From Macrostomum hystrix (taxonomy: Eukaryota > Animalia > Platyhelminthes): 64,000 nucleotides of DNA. The translations under genes and the position numbers were made by a program. How positions within the stretch are numbered: position 1 is the first letter of the stretch; every line of letters begins with the position of its first letter. The stretch lies in the NCBI GenBank assembly GCA_950097015.1, contig CATNEN010000005.1, positions 2,914,001-2,978,000 on the forward strand. Direction: 5' to 3'. Shown piece after piece: positions 29,840 through 40,300 of the stretch. The notes under the pieces were generated by a model. That model did no database searches. It had not been told where the DNA came from and saw nothing but the letters and a program-made list of their open reading frames with translations.

Positions 29840-32800
29840 TCATTCACCGCTCACACCGAAGAAGTCCGGAGGTCGCCTCTCCCGCTCCGGGTACCGCCGC
29901 TCGGCCTGGCGGGTCTCAGACGCGACCTCGTGGGACACCGGCTGCTGGCGGAGCTGCTCGGTGTCAGGCAGGGCTACAAACCGCCTTCGCAGCCGGTTCA
30001 CGTGCACCCAGCGGACCGGTCGGTTGCCGAAGGCGCGGCGGATGCACACCGAGTGGCCGCGCTGCTCGAGCACCGTCCAGCCAGGCTCCCAGTAGGGCGC
30101 GAGCTTCGAGCGCCGCATCTCGATGCTGAGCAGCACCTCGGCGCCTTGCGGGAACTGCGGCAGGTCCGCCGCTTTCTTGTCGTGAGCCGCCTTCTGTTGC
30201 TGCCCGGCGACCACCAGATTCTCCTCGACGAACTCGCGGATCCGGGCCAGTCGCCGCTCCAGCAGCGCTGAGTAGGTGCCGATGTCGAACTGCCGCTCGC
30301 TGCTCTGCACCTTCGGCGGGAGTTGCGGGTCGCGGCCGGTCATCACCGTCAGCGGTGCCACCTTGGTTGAGCTGTGGACCCTGGAGTTGTAGGACAGGAC
30401 CACTAACGGCAGCTGCTCCTCCCAGCTGGACTCGGTCTCGGCGAACAGCCTCAGCAGCTGCAGCAGCGACTTGTTGCCGCGCTCCACTAGTCCGTTTCCC
30501 TGCGGATGATACGGCGTGGTGCGCGTTTTCCTGATGCCCAGCGCTTGCAGCGTCTCCTGGAACAGCTCGCTCTCGAAGTTCGCGCCTTGATCCGAGTGGA
30601 TGACGGACGGGACTCCAAACAGGGAGAAGACCTTCACTGCAGCATCCACGATGGTTTTGGCGGTCTGATCTGGCATCGGCACGGCGGTCAGGAACTTGGA
30701 AAACTGATCCTGCATCACCAGCAGGTAGCTGTTGCCTCGATCTGATGTCGGCACCTTCAGTACGTCGACCGCCACCGTCTGCCAGGGCTTGCCGATCGGC
30801 ATCTCACCGAGTGGGGCTGCGGGCCGGTGCTGCGCTTTTTTCAGCTGGCAGGTCTGGCACTCCTGACAGAAACTCACCGCGTCGCTCTGCAGCCCAGGCC
30901 AGTACGCGGTCTGCTTCAGAGTGTCGGCCATTTTCTCCGGTCCGAAATGGCCGCCGATGCCCTCGTGGAAGTCAGTCAGGAACTGACGCTGCAGCAACTC
31001 CGGGATCACAGGGACCTCTCTCGGCCCCGCAGCATCATTGAAAACCCGGCAGAGAAGACCGTCTTGAATTCGTAACTTCCGCCAGATACGGCTGAGGTGT
31101 CGCAGTCTGCTGTCGGACCATCTTGGCCGAGTCCCGCTGTCGTTCTGCAGGGCCTCGATGACCAGCTGGAGCTTCGGATCAGCCCTCTGCGCCTGTCGCA
31201 ACTCCCGGTTGGACACCTGCGGCTGCAGCTCCGTTGCCGACGACGCTCCGATCGTTTCGCAGTGGCCCTCGTGCATCCTCGACAGGCCGTCCGCCTCCAC
31301 GTTGTCGACGCCCTTGGTGTACTTGATGGTAAAGGCGAATTCCTGCAGCAGCAACCGCCAGCGCCCGAGCCGGCCGTGGCTGTCGACCCGCTGGGAATTC
31401 AGAAACGTGAGTGGGCAGTGGTCGGTAAAGACCGTGAAATGCCGACCGAGCAGGTAGTGGCGGTAAATCTTCAGCGCGTGCAGGATCGCCAGGCACTCCT
31501 TCTCGACGGTTGAATAGCCCTTCTCCGGAGCCGTGAGTGCTCTGCTGCAGTACTCTATCACCTGGTCGCCTTGCTTGAGCACGATTCCGACTCCGGTGTT
31601 GCTGGCATCCGTGTAGAGCTGAAACTCCTTGGAAAAATCCGGGTGGCCGATGATCGGCGGCTGCTGAAGGGCCTCTTTGAGCCGTCGAAATGCCGTGCCG
31701 CACTCGTCAGTCCACTCGAACTTCTCCGTCTTGCTGGTCAGTCTGTGCAGCGGTCCGGCGATATCGGAGAAACTCGGCACGTACTTCCTGTACTGGTTGC
31801 AAAGGCCTAGGAACTGCCGCACCTGCGTTGGGGACTGCGGCTCCGGCCACTCTTGGATGGCGTGCACCTTCTCGGGACTCACAGTGGCACCCTTGGCAGA
31901 GAACACGGTGCCGAGAAACGTGACCTCCGGCAGACCCAGCTGGCACTTGCTGCCCCTGACTGTGAGCCCGGCGCCTCTGATCTTCTCGAACACTTCTCGC
32001 AGGTGCTGTAGATGCTCGGCCTTTGACTTGGAGAAGCACAGCGTGTCATCCATGTAGGTGAAGGTTTGCTCGGCGCCTTTGAACACGCGGTTCATCAGGA
32101 TGGTGAATGAGCTCGGGCCGCCGCAGACGCCCTGCGGCATCCTCTTGAACTGATAAAGCGGCATGCCGGGCCCAGGGCTGAAAGCTGTCTTCTGCCTGTC
32201 TTCCGGCTTCATCGGGATTTGGAAGTAGCCGCCGTTCAGGTCAATCACCGAGAAGATCTCGTGCGCCGACCGCACCGTCTTCTTGTTCAGCTCGCGGTAG
32301 TCGATCGTCAGCCGCAGGTCTCCGTTCTTCTTCCGCACGTACACCGGGGGCGCCACGTACGGGCTGTCCGACTCCTCGATGATGTCGTTGTCCAGCAGCT
32401 CCTGAATGAGCTTGTTAACCTCAGGTTCCCAGTGCACCGGCAGCTTTCTTGGAGGAATCCGCACCGGAACATCGTCGATCAGGGGGATGCTGTGCTCGTG
32501 GCGATCTGTCAGTCCCGGCCGCCTGGAGAAGATGTCGCTGAACTCGTGCACCAGGGCTCGGATGTCCGGGTCCTTTACGACAGGCAGGTCGACCTCTTTC
32601 GTGCTGAAATCCGGCACGAGCTTCTCTTCGAGGTCCTCCAGCTGGCTGTCTGCGTCGAGATGGCTCACGCCGTCCATCACGCACGAGCTCTTTGGTGGTG
32701 CCTCTGCGCTGTCGCTGAAGTCCAGGCACATGTTGCTGGCCTTGATGAAGTCCAGCCCGATGATGACGGCAGCCACCAGGCCTTCCGACACGTAGAACGG

Positions 32801-33172
32801 GTGCTGCCGCTCGATGCTGCCGAGCGACACCGCCAGGCTGGCCACCTGCCGCACCGGCACCGCCTGCTGGTTGACTGCCCGCAGTTCCAGGTGGACGCTT
32901 TCCAACTGAACTCGCTGCATTCTCTGAAGGACCTGCTTGTCCACGATTGATACCTGGCTACCCGAGTCGATCAGCGCCATGACGTCCGCACCTCCGATCT
33001 TGCACTGCAGCTTGGATGTTGCCGGGTTCGGTCTGATAACGACTGCTGCTGCGCTGCTGCCTACTGTGCCTGCGCCGCCCCCCTCTGCGCCCCGGAACAA
33101 TCCACTCACGCTGGGGCCCGCGCTCAGAACTGGCCAGGGTTGCGGGCTCCGCCCCGGCCGTTGCCGTTTCCC
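29840..33172 (-). CDS. pol: Gypsy Pol (protease, RT, RNase H, integrase), in the -1 frame relative to gag; the stop-free frame extends to 33367
   Basis: LIDSGSQVS protease, FTYMDD RT, LYTDASNTG RNase H, H-x-H...CQECQTC zinc finger and VAVD / HSDQG / GLVERG DDE integrase. Confidence 0.95.
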   Translation of the reverse strand, partial: GKRQRPGRSPQPWPVLSAGPSVSGLFRGAEGGGAGTVGSSAAAVVIRPNPATSKLQCKIGGADVMALIDSGSQVSIVDKQVLQRMQRVQLESVHLELRAVNQQAVPVRQVASLAVSLGSIERQHPFYVSEGLVAAVIIGLDFIKASNMCLDFSDSAEAPPKSSCVMDGVSHLDADSQLEDLEEKLVPDFSTKEVDLPVVKDPDIRALVHEFSDIFSRRPGLTDRHEHSIPLIDDVPVRIPPRKLPVHWEPEVNKLIQELLDNDIIEESDSPYVAPPVYVRKKNGDLRLTIDYRELNKKTVRSAHEIFSVIDLNGGYFQIPMKPEDRQKTAFSPGPGMPLYQFKRMPQGVCGGPSSFTILMNRVFKGAEQTFTYMDDTLCFSKSKAEHLQHLREVFEKIRGAGLTVRGSKCQLGLPEVTFLGTVFSAKGATVSPEKVHAIQEWPEPQSPTQVRQFLGLCNQYRKYVPSFSDIAGPLHRLTSKTEKFEWTDECGTAFRRLKEALQQPPIIGHPDFSKEFQLYTDASNTGVGIVLKQGDQVIEYCSRALTAPEKGYSTVEKECLAILHALKIYRHYLLGRHFTVFTDHCPLTFLNSQRVDSHGRLGRWRLLLQEFAFTIKYTKGVDNVEADGLSRMHEGHCETIGASSATELQPQVSNRELRQAQRADPKLQLVIEALQNDSGTRPRWSDSRLRHLSRIWRKLRIQDGLLCRVFNDAAGPREVPVIPELLQRQFLTDFHEGIGGHFGPEKMADTLKQTAYWPGLQSDAVSFCQECQTCQLKKAQHRPAAPLGEMPIGKPWQTVAVDVLKVPTSDRGNSYLLVMQDQFSKFLTAVPMPDQTAKTIVDAAVKVFSLFGVPSVIHSDQGANFESELFQETLQALGIRKTRTTPYHPQGNGLVERGNKSLLQLLRLFAETESSWEEQLPLVVLSYNSRVHSSTKVAPLTVMTGRDPQLPPKVQSSERQFDIGTYSALLERRLARIREFVEENLVVAGQQQKAAHDKKAADLPQFPQGAEVLLSIEMRRSKLAPYWEPGWTVLEQRGHSVCIRRAFGNRPVRWVHVNRLRRRFVALPDTEQLRQQPVSHEVASETRQAERRYPERERRPPDFFGVSGE

Positions 33173-33915
33173 GACGGCTTCTTGCAGTTTCTGGCGAGGT
33201 GGCCGCGTTGGTTGCAGTTCCAGCAGGTTACCTCGCGCCGTCTCCTCGCACTGCGAACCGCGCAGGAGTCGGAAGCCTCCGAGCCCAGCTTCGCTGCCAG
33301 GTCTTGGACCGTCGCCTGCAGTGAGCTGACCGCGGCCCTCAGATCTGCGGTCTCGGTGCTGCCGCAAGTAGTTCCGGCTGCCGCCGCGAGGGGCGGCCGG
33401 CTTCCATCCGTGGTGGCAGAAGGCAGCTCCAGTAGCAGTTGTGCCCGCGCAAGGGCGTCGCTTACCGTCTTGACTGACGCGTCGGCTCTGATTTGCCTGC
33501 TGACATCCGCTGGCAGTCCGCGGATGAAGTGATGGGTCAGCATGGTGTCTGTGGCGTTCTTGTTGCTAACGCCAGCGTCCTTGAGCAGCTGCTTCAGGTG
33601 ATAGAGAAACAGACGAGGAGGCTCCCCGGGCAGCAGCTTCCGGCTCTCAAATGCCTCCAGCGCTGAGAAGTGCTGGCTTTCTGGGTGAAATGCCTCGATC
33701 AATGCATGGGTAACCTGACTGTAGTCGCTCTTATCCTTGTCACCGAGCTCAAGGAAGACCGCCAGAGCCTCGCCATCCAGAAACGTTGGCAGATGCAAGT
33801 GCTTATCATTTGTCCACTTGTTGGCTGCCGCACACAGCTCAAACCGCTGCAGCCACTCCTTAAAGTTTCCAGAGCTAAAAGTTCTCGGAATCGCGCGATG
33901 ACTGCCCTCTGCCAT
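33124..33915 (-). CDS. gag: Gypsy Gag
   Basis: MAEGSHRAIP...WLQRFELCAAANKW...LPTFLDGEA capsid-like region and a CWNCNQRGHLARNC CCHC zinc knuckle. Confidence 0.93.
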   Translation of the reverse strand: MAEGSHRAIPRTFSSGNFKEWLQRFELCAAANKWTNDKHLHLPTFLDGEALAVFLELGDKDKSDYSQVTHALIEAFHPESQHFSALEAFESRKLLPGEPPRLFLYHLKQLLKDAGVSNKNATDTMLTHHFIRGLPADVSRQIRADASVKTVSDALARAQLLLELPSATTDGSRPPLAAAAGTTCGSTETADLRAAVSSLQATVQDLAAKLGSEASDSCAVRSARRRREVTCWNCNQRGHLARNCKKPSGNGNGRGGARNPGQF

Positions 33916-33921
33916 TCTGAG

Positions 33922-33932
33922 CTCTGCTACCA
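33922..33932 (-). promoter_or_regulatory. Primer-binding site TGGTAGCAGAG (complementary to the 3' end of animal initiator tRNA-Met)
   Basis: Lies 2 nt downstream of the 5' LTR on the minus strand. Confidence 0.85.
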
Positions 33933-33934
33933 CT

Positions 33935-34157
33935 TGTAACACGCGGTGTTTGGCGGTGTGAAACCAGATTCTACGAAGGCCCCGTGAGGCCGTGCTTGTT
34001 GTATTTATGTCAGTTGCGATTACGTAATCAGCGATGTACAGTAATGAACGATGTTAAACGAACGAACAGCAAATACGATAGAATGGTTCAGCAAATTATT
34101 AGAAAGATTGTTAACATTCAAAAACTGCTTCAAAGGCTAGGAATAAAAACCATTACA
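33935..34157 (-). repeat. 5' LTR of Gypsy element
   Basis: Identical to 29491-29713. Confidence 0.95.
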
Positions 34158-35638
34158 CATGTATAATTTTAATAATTTTTTAATAATAATAAATTTTAAT
34201 AATAAACCTTTAATTAATTGAATTGTTAACCTATTGAAAGCTCTTTCATGACAACATGTTTCCTCATCAATTTCACTTTGGAAATAGTTTGTGTAAGCAA
34301 TGGCTAAAGTATAAAGAAAAAGCATGAATGAAAAAAACTTAGTAGTTTTCATGCAGTTTAAATTGGCAGGTGTATGGATCCTAACTATCTATGTAGATCA
34401 GAATATGCAATATTACAAGTACAAATAAATAATGCTTGCATTTTTCGTGCTCATGACTGCCATCGATCACCTACTAAAATAGTTTAGTCTTGCATTGCAT
34501 AAAGACACGATCAACATTTCGAACTGCAAATCAGAAATGAGTGAATTGAAAGTTGAAACATAAAACGTCTCATGCCATTTCGAAAAGGCATGCTTGCTTA
34601 GAACAAGTACTAGCTAACTAGATGCAAATGTTTGTTTTAAAAACCTTTGATCTCGGAAAACCAATTATTAATTATAATACATTATTATTATATTATGATA
34701 ATGATAAATTTACTTGATGAAAATGACATAAGCCTAAGCAGTAATACCATAAACAATTAAACTATAAATAAAAGAAAATCACGAATATTACTTTTTTGGC
34801 TAGAAAGTAGAGCCTAGCAAAGGCAAAAATGACTCGACTATTGTAAACTAAAATGGTACAAATACATTTTTTATGAACGGATGGACTAAAAATGTATACG
34901 ATATTTGAAGAACTTTCATCAAGTTTATTATATTTATTAATTGAAATACTTGGGAATGCAAATCTTATCAAGCTGTAAAAAGGTAAAAAGCAATTAGTTT
35001 TAACATTTTGCGGTGTTATTAAATTATTTTTAAATCGTGACGATGATGGCGGGTAAATTTAATCGACTTTAAAACCCGTAGCATATTTCATACAATTAAA
35101 AAAATATTTGTGCTTTAACGTGACTATAAGCACTTGTGTCGTAGGGCTCCTTTCTTCTTTGTAAATTACTTATATTATTCACTGCAAAAATGCTTATTGT
35201 TAATAGTCAACTTTCGTTATATTTTAAATTTACCCAATTATAGGAAAGTTATACCCAATTATACCCAATAACACTTTATTATATCTATGTTTATTCAATA
35301 ACTGTGGTACTAAATCACAAGTGCCCGAGCGGTGAGACACTTTTTACTCTCAAACTTTATAGAATTACTCTCTTATATATTATTGGCTAGAACCAGTCTT
35401 TAAAAGGCCCCAACCTCCAATGGATTGGAGGGTACCAGTCAAACACAACCTATGATATTCTTTATTCTATTTCTCAATCTCTACTCATATAATGACTCCA
35501 ATTCTCATATAACAATCAGTTTAGTCTCTACTAAAAATACTCAACTATAATCCCATTTGGGCAAAAGTCACATTGACATCTTATTAGGGCAATAGGGCCT
35601 AGCTAATTCAACTACTAACTTACTAGCTAGTATTGCAT

Positions 35639-36046
35639 GGCAATTGTGCAGTTTCCCGCTCTAAATTATTTTCACCCTTTTTTCGAACTTTTCAAATATT
35701 AAACAAGTGTAACAACGCAAGTTCGCAAGTTCAAAGCAAGTTCAAGTTCATGTCCGCACGTTCACACTACACAGGGTAGTAGTGCGTTATCCAGTAGAGG
35801 ATATTGCCAAACTGGTATTTGGGGAAGGCTCGGCACCACATAAACTCCTGCAGGTACATTTCGAATAAACTGTCATAGGTTCCGTTCCGTGCATGGCTCG
35901 ATACTTTGCCTTGCAATTTCCCCACATTCCCTCGACAGTATTCGTGTGAGCCGCTTGGTTGTTGGGGTCCCCCAGCCATACTAGCAGTAGCTGAAAAGTT
36001 CAAAAAAGGGTGAAAATAATTTAGAGCAGGAAACTGCACAATTGCC
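35639..36046 (-). mobile_element. Merlin (IS1016/ISXO2-like) non-autonomous DNA transposon
   Basis: ~55-bp TIRs GGCAATTGTGCAGTTTCC..AAATTATTTTCACCCTTTTT and a flanking TATTGCAT duplication (35631-35638, 36048-36055). Internal transposase C-terminus reads HTNTVEGMWGNCKAKYRAMHGT, then after a frameshift DSLFEMYLQEFMW...FGNILYWITHYYP. Confidence 0.8.
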
Positions 36047-37365
36047 ATATTGCATTTTGCAGCCTAGTGGCAGAATAGCAAGCAATTTAATATTGCAAGT
36101 GTGTATTTAATTGTTGTCACTTTATTCACTTTTCAAGTTTTGCAAAACTCAAATTACTAGTTTGTAAACTATATATTACAAGAGATACTCATATCAGATT
36201 GTATAGGCTAGAAAGGTAAGACATAGTGAATAATGGTCAAATGGGATACCAATCAGGATCCCAAAACATGGGATCTTGATAAATTTTGCAATCCCAATCC
36301 CGACTCTTAGTTGCAAATTGGGATGGGCTCATCTCATGCCCCTGATCTATGAATAGCTTGACAAAAATCATGAAACAGCTCTCTGATAGTCTGCAACTCT
36401 GACTTCCCACTTATGCTAGGCATAGGCTCCTCCTATACGGAATCTTGCCTGGTAACTATGGGCAACTAAGTATATTTTCAGTTAAATTAGGTGTCCCCAA
36501 GATTAGAGTTTAGTAGCTCCCTCTTAGTAAAACTCTTGGTATAAATGTGAGTAAAGTTTTAAGTATAAATCTAGTATAAATCAGGGTATTAATCTTAGTA
36601 TGGTTCTTAGTATTATTTTTCCATAATACACTTTATAAACATAAATAACACAATGTATTCCTTTACAAAGGCACTTCTTTTTATTTCTGAACATGCTTCT
36701 TAAACAATTTTGACTCTCTTTCTATAACTCCAAGCAAGGTTAACTTCAAGGTGATGTTTTTAATTTTTTAGGCTGCAAGGCATTGGTTAATAATACTAGT
36801 AGGAAAAAACACTTTGTTAAAAATATATAAAAAATATTTCATAAATGGTGTAAGTATTGAAAAAAATGCATTCATTCTGCAAAAATATTTTCTGTATTAC
36901 AGTAAGTACAATACAAGTAAAGTAAAATACTTGTAAAATGTTTCTCCTTTATGTGGTTTTGATCTGAAAGGTTTTATGGGTTTTGTTTGTTTACAAAAAG
37001 AATATAAAATTGACAATCTTTACACTATGACAGTTATTATCAAATCAGCTATGAAGTTAATCAGTATTTAAATTGTCTTAATTTATATATTCATATAAAT
37101 ATATACAAATTGCAATGCAATCACAAAATAGGACCACTTTAATATAATGACCTAATTGTAAAGGAGTGCGAATTAATGATTCTGTTTCTCTAGATATTTA
37201 TGTTATTTTGGTTTAGTATAAGTTTTCTAACCAAAAGACCAGTTTTTTGTCTGATATGATTTAGATCCTACCTCAAATCTGTCAATCTTTGATTCTACTA
37301 TCATTTTCAGGTTATTTCTTAGTCATTAATACAATTAAAAACTTCACAACTGTACACAAGACACA

Positions 37366-40300
37366 ATGCCGCAGGGTAATCCCACAGTGCAGTCAGTCTC
37401 AGATGTCTATGACCTAGCCTCTGCTATTGGCAAAGAATTCGAATCCCTAATAGATCAATTTGGCGCCGAGTCGCTCTCTGGTCTGATGCCAAAGGTGATT
37501 TCCGCATTGGAGAATCTGGAACATTTAACCTGCCAAGCTGAGGCTGCGGCGGAGGAGTTGGCCGACTTGAAGCGGCGCATTGATCGTATGGAGGTTGAGA
37601 GAGCGGCGAGACTCACAGATAGGGGTCGTTTTGAGCTGGAGATGGAACAGGTGAGTTACCAATAATACCGTACCATACTGCAAATAATGCTCCATTCCTT
37701 GCCTAACATCTCAAAAAGCATCGAATTTCAAAATCTTATCCGTCTGTTTTTTTTTTTTTTTAAATAACTTGATAATTTCCCGTGCAAAAAACGGCATGTT
37801 CGTTACTTCACAATGAGCCTGGATAAGAAACCTGACAAATTTCCAGACAAAGACTAACCGTTTCCTGATAGTGAGAATGGACCCAGATAAGATGCCTGAC
37901 AAATTTCCAGACAAAGACTAACCGTTTCCTGATAGTGAGAATGGACCCATATAAGATACCTGACAAATTTCCAGACAAAGACTAACCGTTTCCTGATAGT
38001 GAGAATGGACCCAGATAAGATACCTGACAAATTTCCAGACAAAGACTAACCGTTTCCTGATAGTGAGAATGGACCCAGATAAGATACCTGACAAATTTCC
38101 AGACAAAGACTAACCGTTTCCTGATAGTGAGAATGGACCCATATAAGATACCTGACAAATTTCCAGACAAAGACTAACCGTTTCCTGATAGTGACAATGG
38201 ACCCAGACAAGAAACCTGACAAATTTCCAGACAAAGACTAACCGTTTCCTGATAGTGAGAATGGACCAAGATAAGAAACCTGACAAATTTCCAGACAAAG
38301 ACTAACCGTTTCCTGATAGTGAGAATGGACCAAGATAAGATACCTGACCGTTTTCCTGATAAAAATGAATGATAGTTAGCTGACAATGGACAGTGCAGAC
38401 TGTTTAACGGACTTAATCTATCGCAGTTACTTTTTTAACGTGCCTACCTCAGTTCCTTACCCTCTCAGATCCTTCTAAAGATTCTCTGCCAGAATTGCTC
38501 GAGCCATATTCCACGAACCCATGTTTTTTTCTATTTTAGGCTGATCAAGAATGGCGTCTAGAACTTGAGCACCTTCGCGAGCAGAACCGCATTCTTCAGC
38601 AAGCTCTAGACGATGTTAAGCGTCAGAGATCAGATTCAATTTGTTCGTCTGGCGGGCAGTCTTCGTTAGTATCAGCGGTTTCTAGTCCGCAGCAGCAGCG
38701 GCAGCAACAGCAGCAGCAGTTATTGATGATTGCCAGATTAAAAGCAGCATTAAATGCTCAACGCGACGAGGCTCGTTCTCTGAGACGCGAACTAGCCAAT
38801 AGTAAGGCCGATTGTGAGGCTCTGCAGGCGCAAAGTGACAGGCTGGCCACACTCAATGCCGAACTGATGAAACGTATTGGCAAAACTGATAAGGCAGGTT
38901 GGAATATTGGCCAGATATCTCCTAGATCTGAGCTAGGTAGTCAAGATGACGACACTGAGTGCGAGGTGGAGCGACGAGCGGTGAGATTGTGTTTTTTATC
39001 TAACAATCGAACTATTCCAGATGTAACTAATTCCAAAGCACTTCGTCCTTATCCTCGTCAATCTAATCCTAACGAGCCAAAAATCAACCGTCAAAATCCT
39101 AATATACCGTCGAAATCCTCACCGTCCCTGATTCTCTGAGATCCAATCTTCAAAATCCCAATCTTCAAAATCAAAATCGTCTAAATCCAAATCCTCATAA
39201 TCCTAATCTTCGAAATCCCAATCCTCAACATCCCAATTCTCAAATCCGAATCTTCAAAATCCCAATCCTCAAAATCCCAATCCCCAAGATCAAAATCCTC
39301 AAAATTCAAATTCTCAAAAGCCCTATCCTTAAAATCCCGATTCTAAAATCCAAATCCTTAATATACCAATCATCAAAATCCAGATTTTTAAGATCCAAAT
39401 CCTAAAAAGTACACTTATTTCCATCCTAATCTTCAAAATCGAAATCCTCACGGTTCTAATCCTCAAAGTTATTAACCTCGAATTCTGAAAATCCTGACTC
39501 TCAATCTATTACGAGTGGACACATTAGATCTGCATGACCAGCTGTAATATTAGGCTTTTCTGTTCAACCCCTTAAAAATAACGATCAGTATTCGCCGATG
39601 ACACCCCGGCCGCGCTCGGAACCAGCGTCAGCGGAAGCTTCCGCATCCCAGCTGGATCCCAATCGACCGCGTTTCACCCTTGCCGAGTTGCGTGTTGTGC
39701 TCGCAGAACGAAACGAACTCAAAGCGCGCCTGATTGAGATGGAAGAAGAGCTTGCCTGTCGACGTCCAGCCAACGGCGCCATGTCCTCGTTTGAAGAGGA
39801 TCCTTCGAATAGTATCAATCAGTTCCCGGCAGCCGTGTCTTCGCCATTGCCAGCAATGGCCCACAGCAACTATGACAATAATGCGTCATCCGCTCAGCTG
39901 CTAATCAGCGGCAGCAATTTGCCGGAGCCTGCTTCTCCCACAATGTCCCTGCGTCGCGGAGCGTCTAACTTCGACGGCGGCGTTGAAAATGGCGCCGGAT
40001 CAGCTTCGGCTAAGAAGGATAGAAGCAATAGCAGCGATCTGGGCATTAAGTACTTGTAAGTTTTGCACTGCTCTACTGAAAGTAGAATTATGCGCATTTA
40101 TTTGCATTTACGCATTTTTTTAGATTTTGTTAAGATTAATAGATTTAAAGTAACAGTAATGTTTGTTTTTTAGCAGCGAGCTCTTTATCGCTGCGTGGCA
40201 ATATAATTTTGGAACATTAATTTTATTTCGTTTTTTATCTGCCGATATGTATTGAAAATTTTACAAATTAGAGTACTGTTGTTAAGAATGAGCTTGAGTG

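Larger units (their letters stand above)
29491..34157 (-). mobile_element. Full-length Ty3/Gypsy LTR retrotransposon, 4667 bp
   Basis: Identical 223-bp LTRs (29491-29713, 33935-34157; TGTAA...TTACA), 4-bp TSD CATG (29487-29490, 34158-34161), and gag then PR-RT-RH-IN order. Confidence 0.97.

Noticed and set aside
29930-33939. Numerous plus-strand and alternate-frame ORFs overlapping the Gypsy element
   Set aside because: These are shadow ORFs from the high GC and codon bias of gag/pol, with no recognisable domains.
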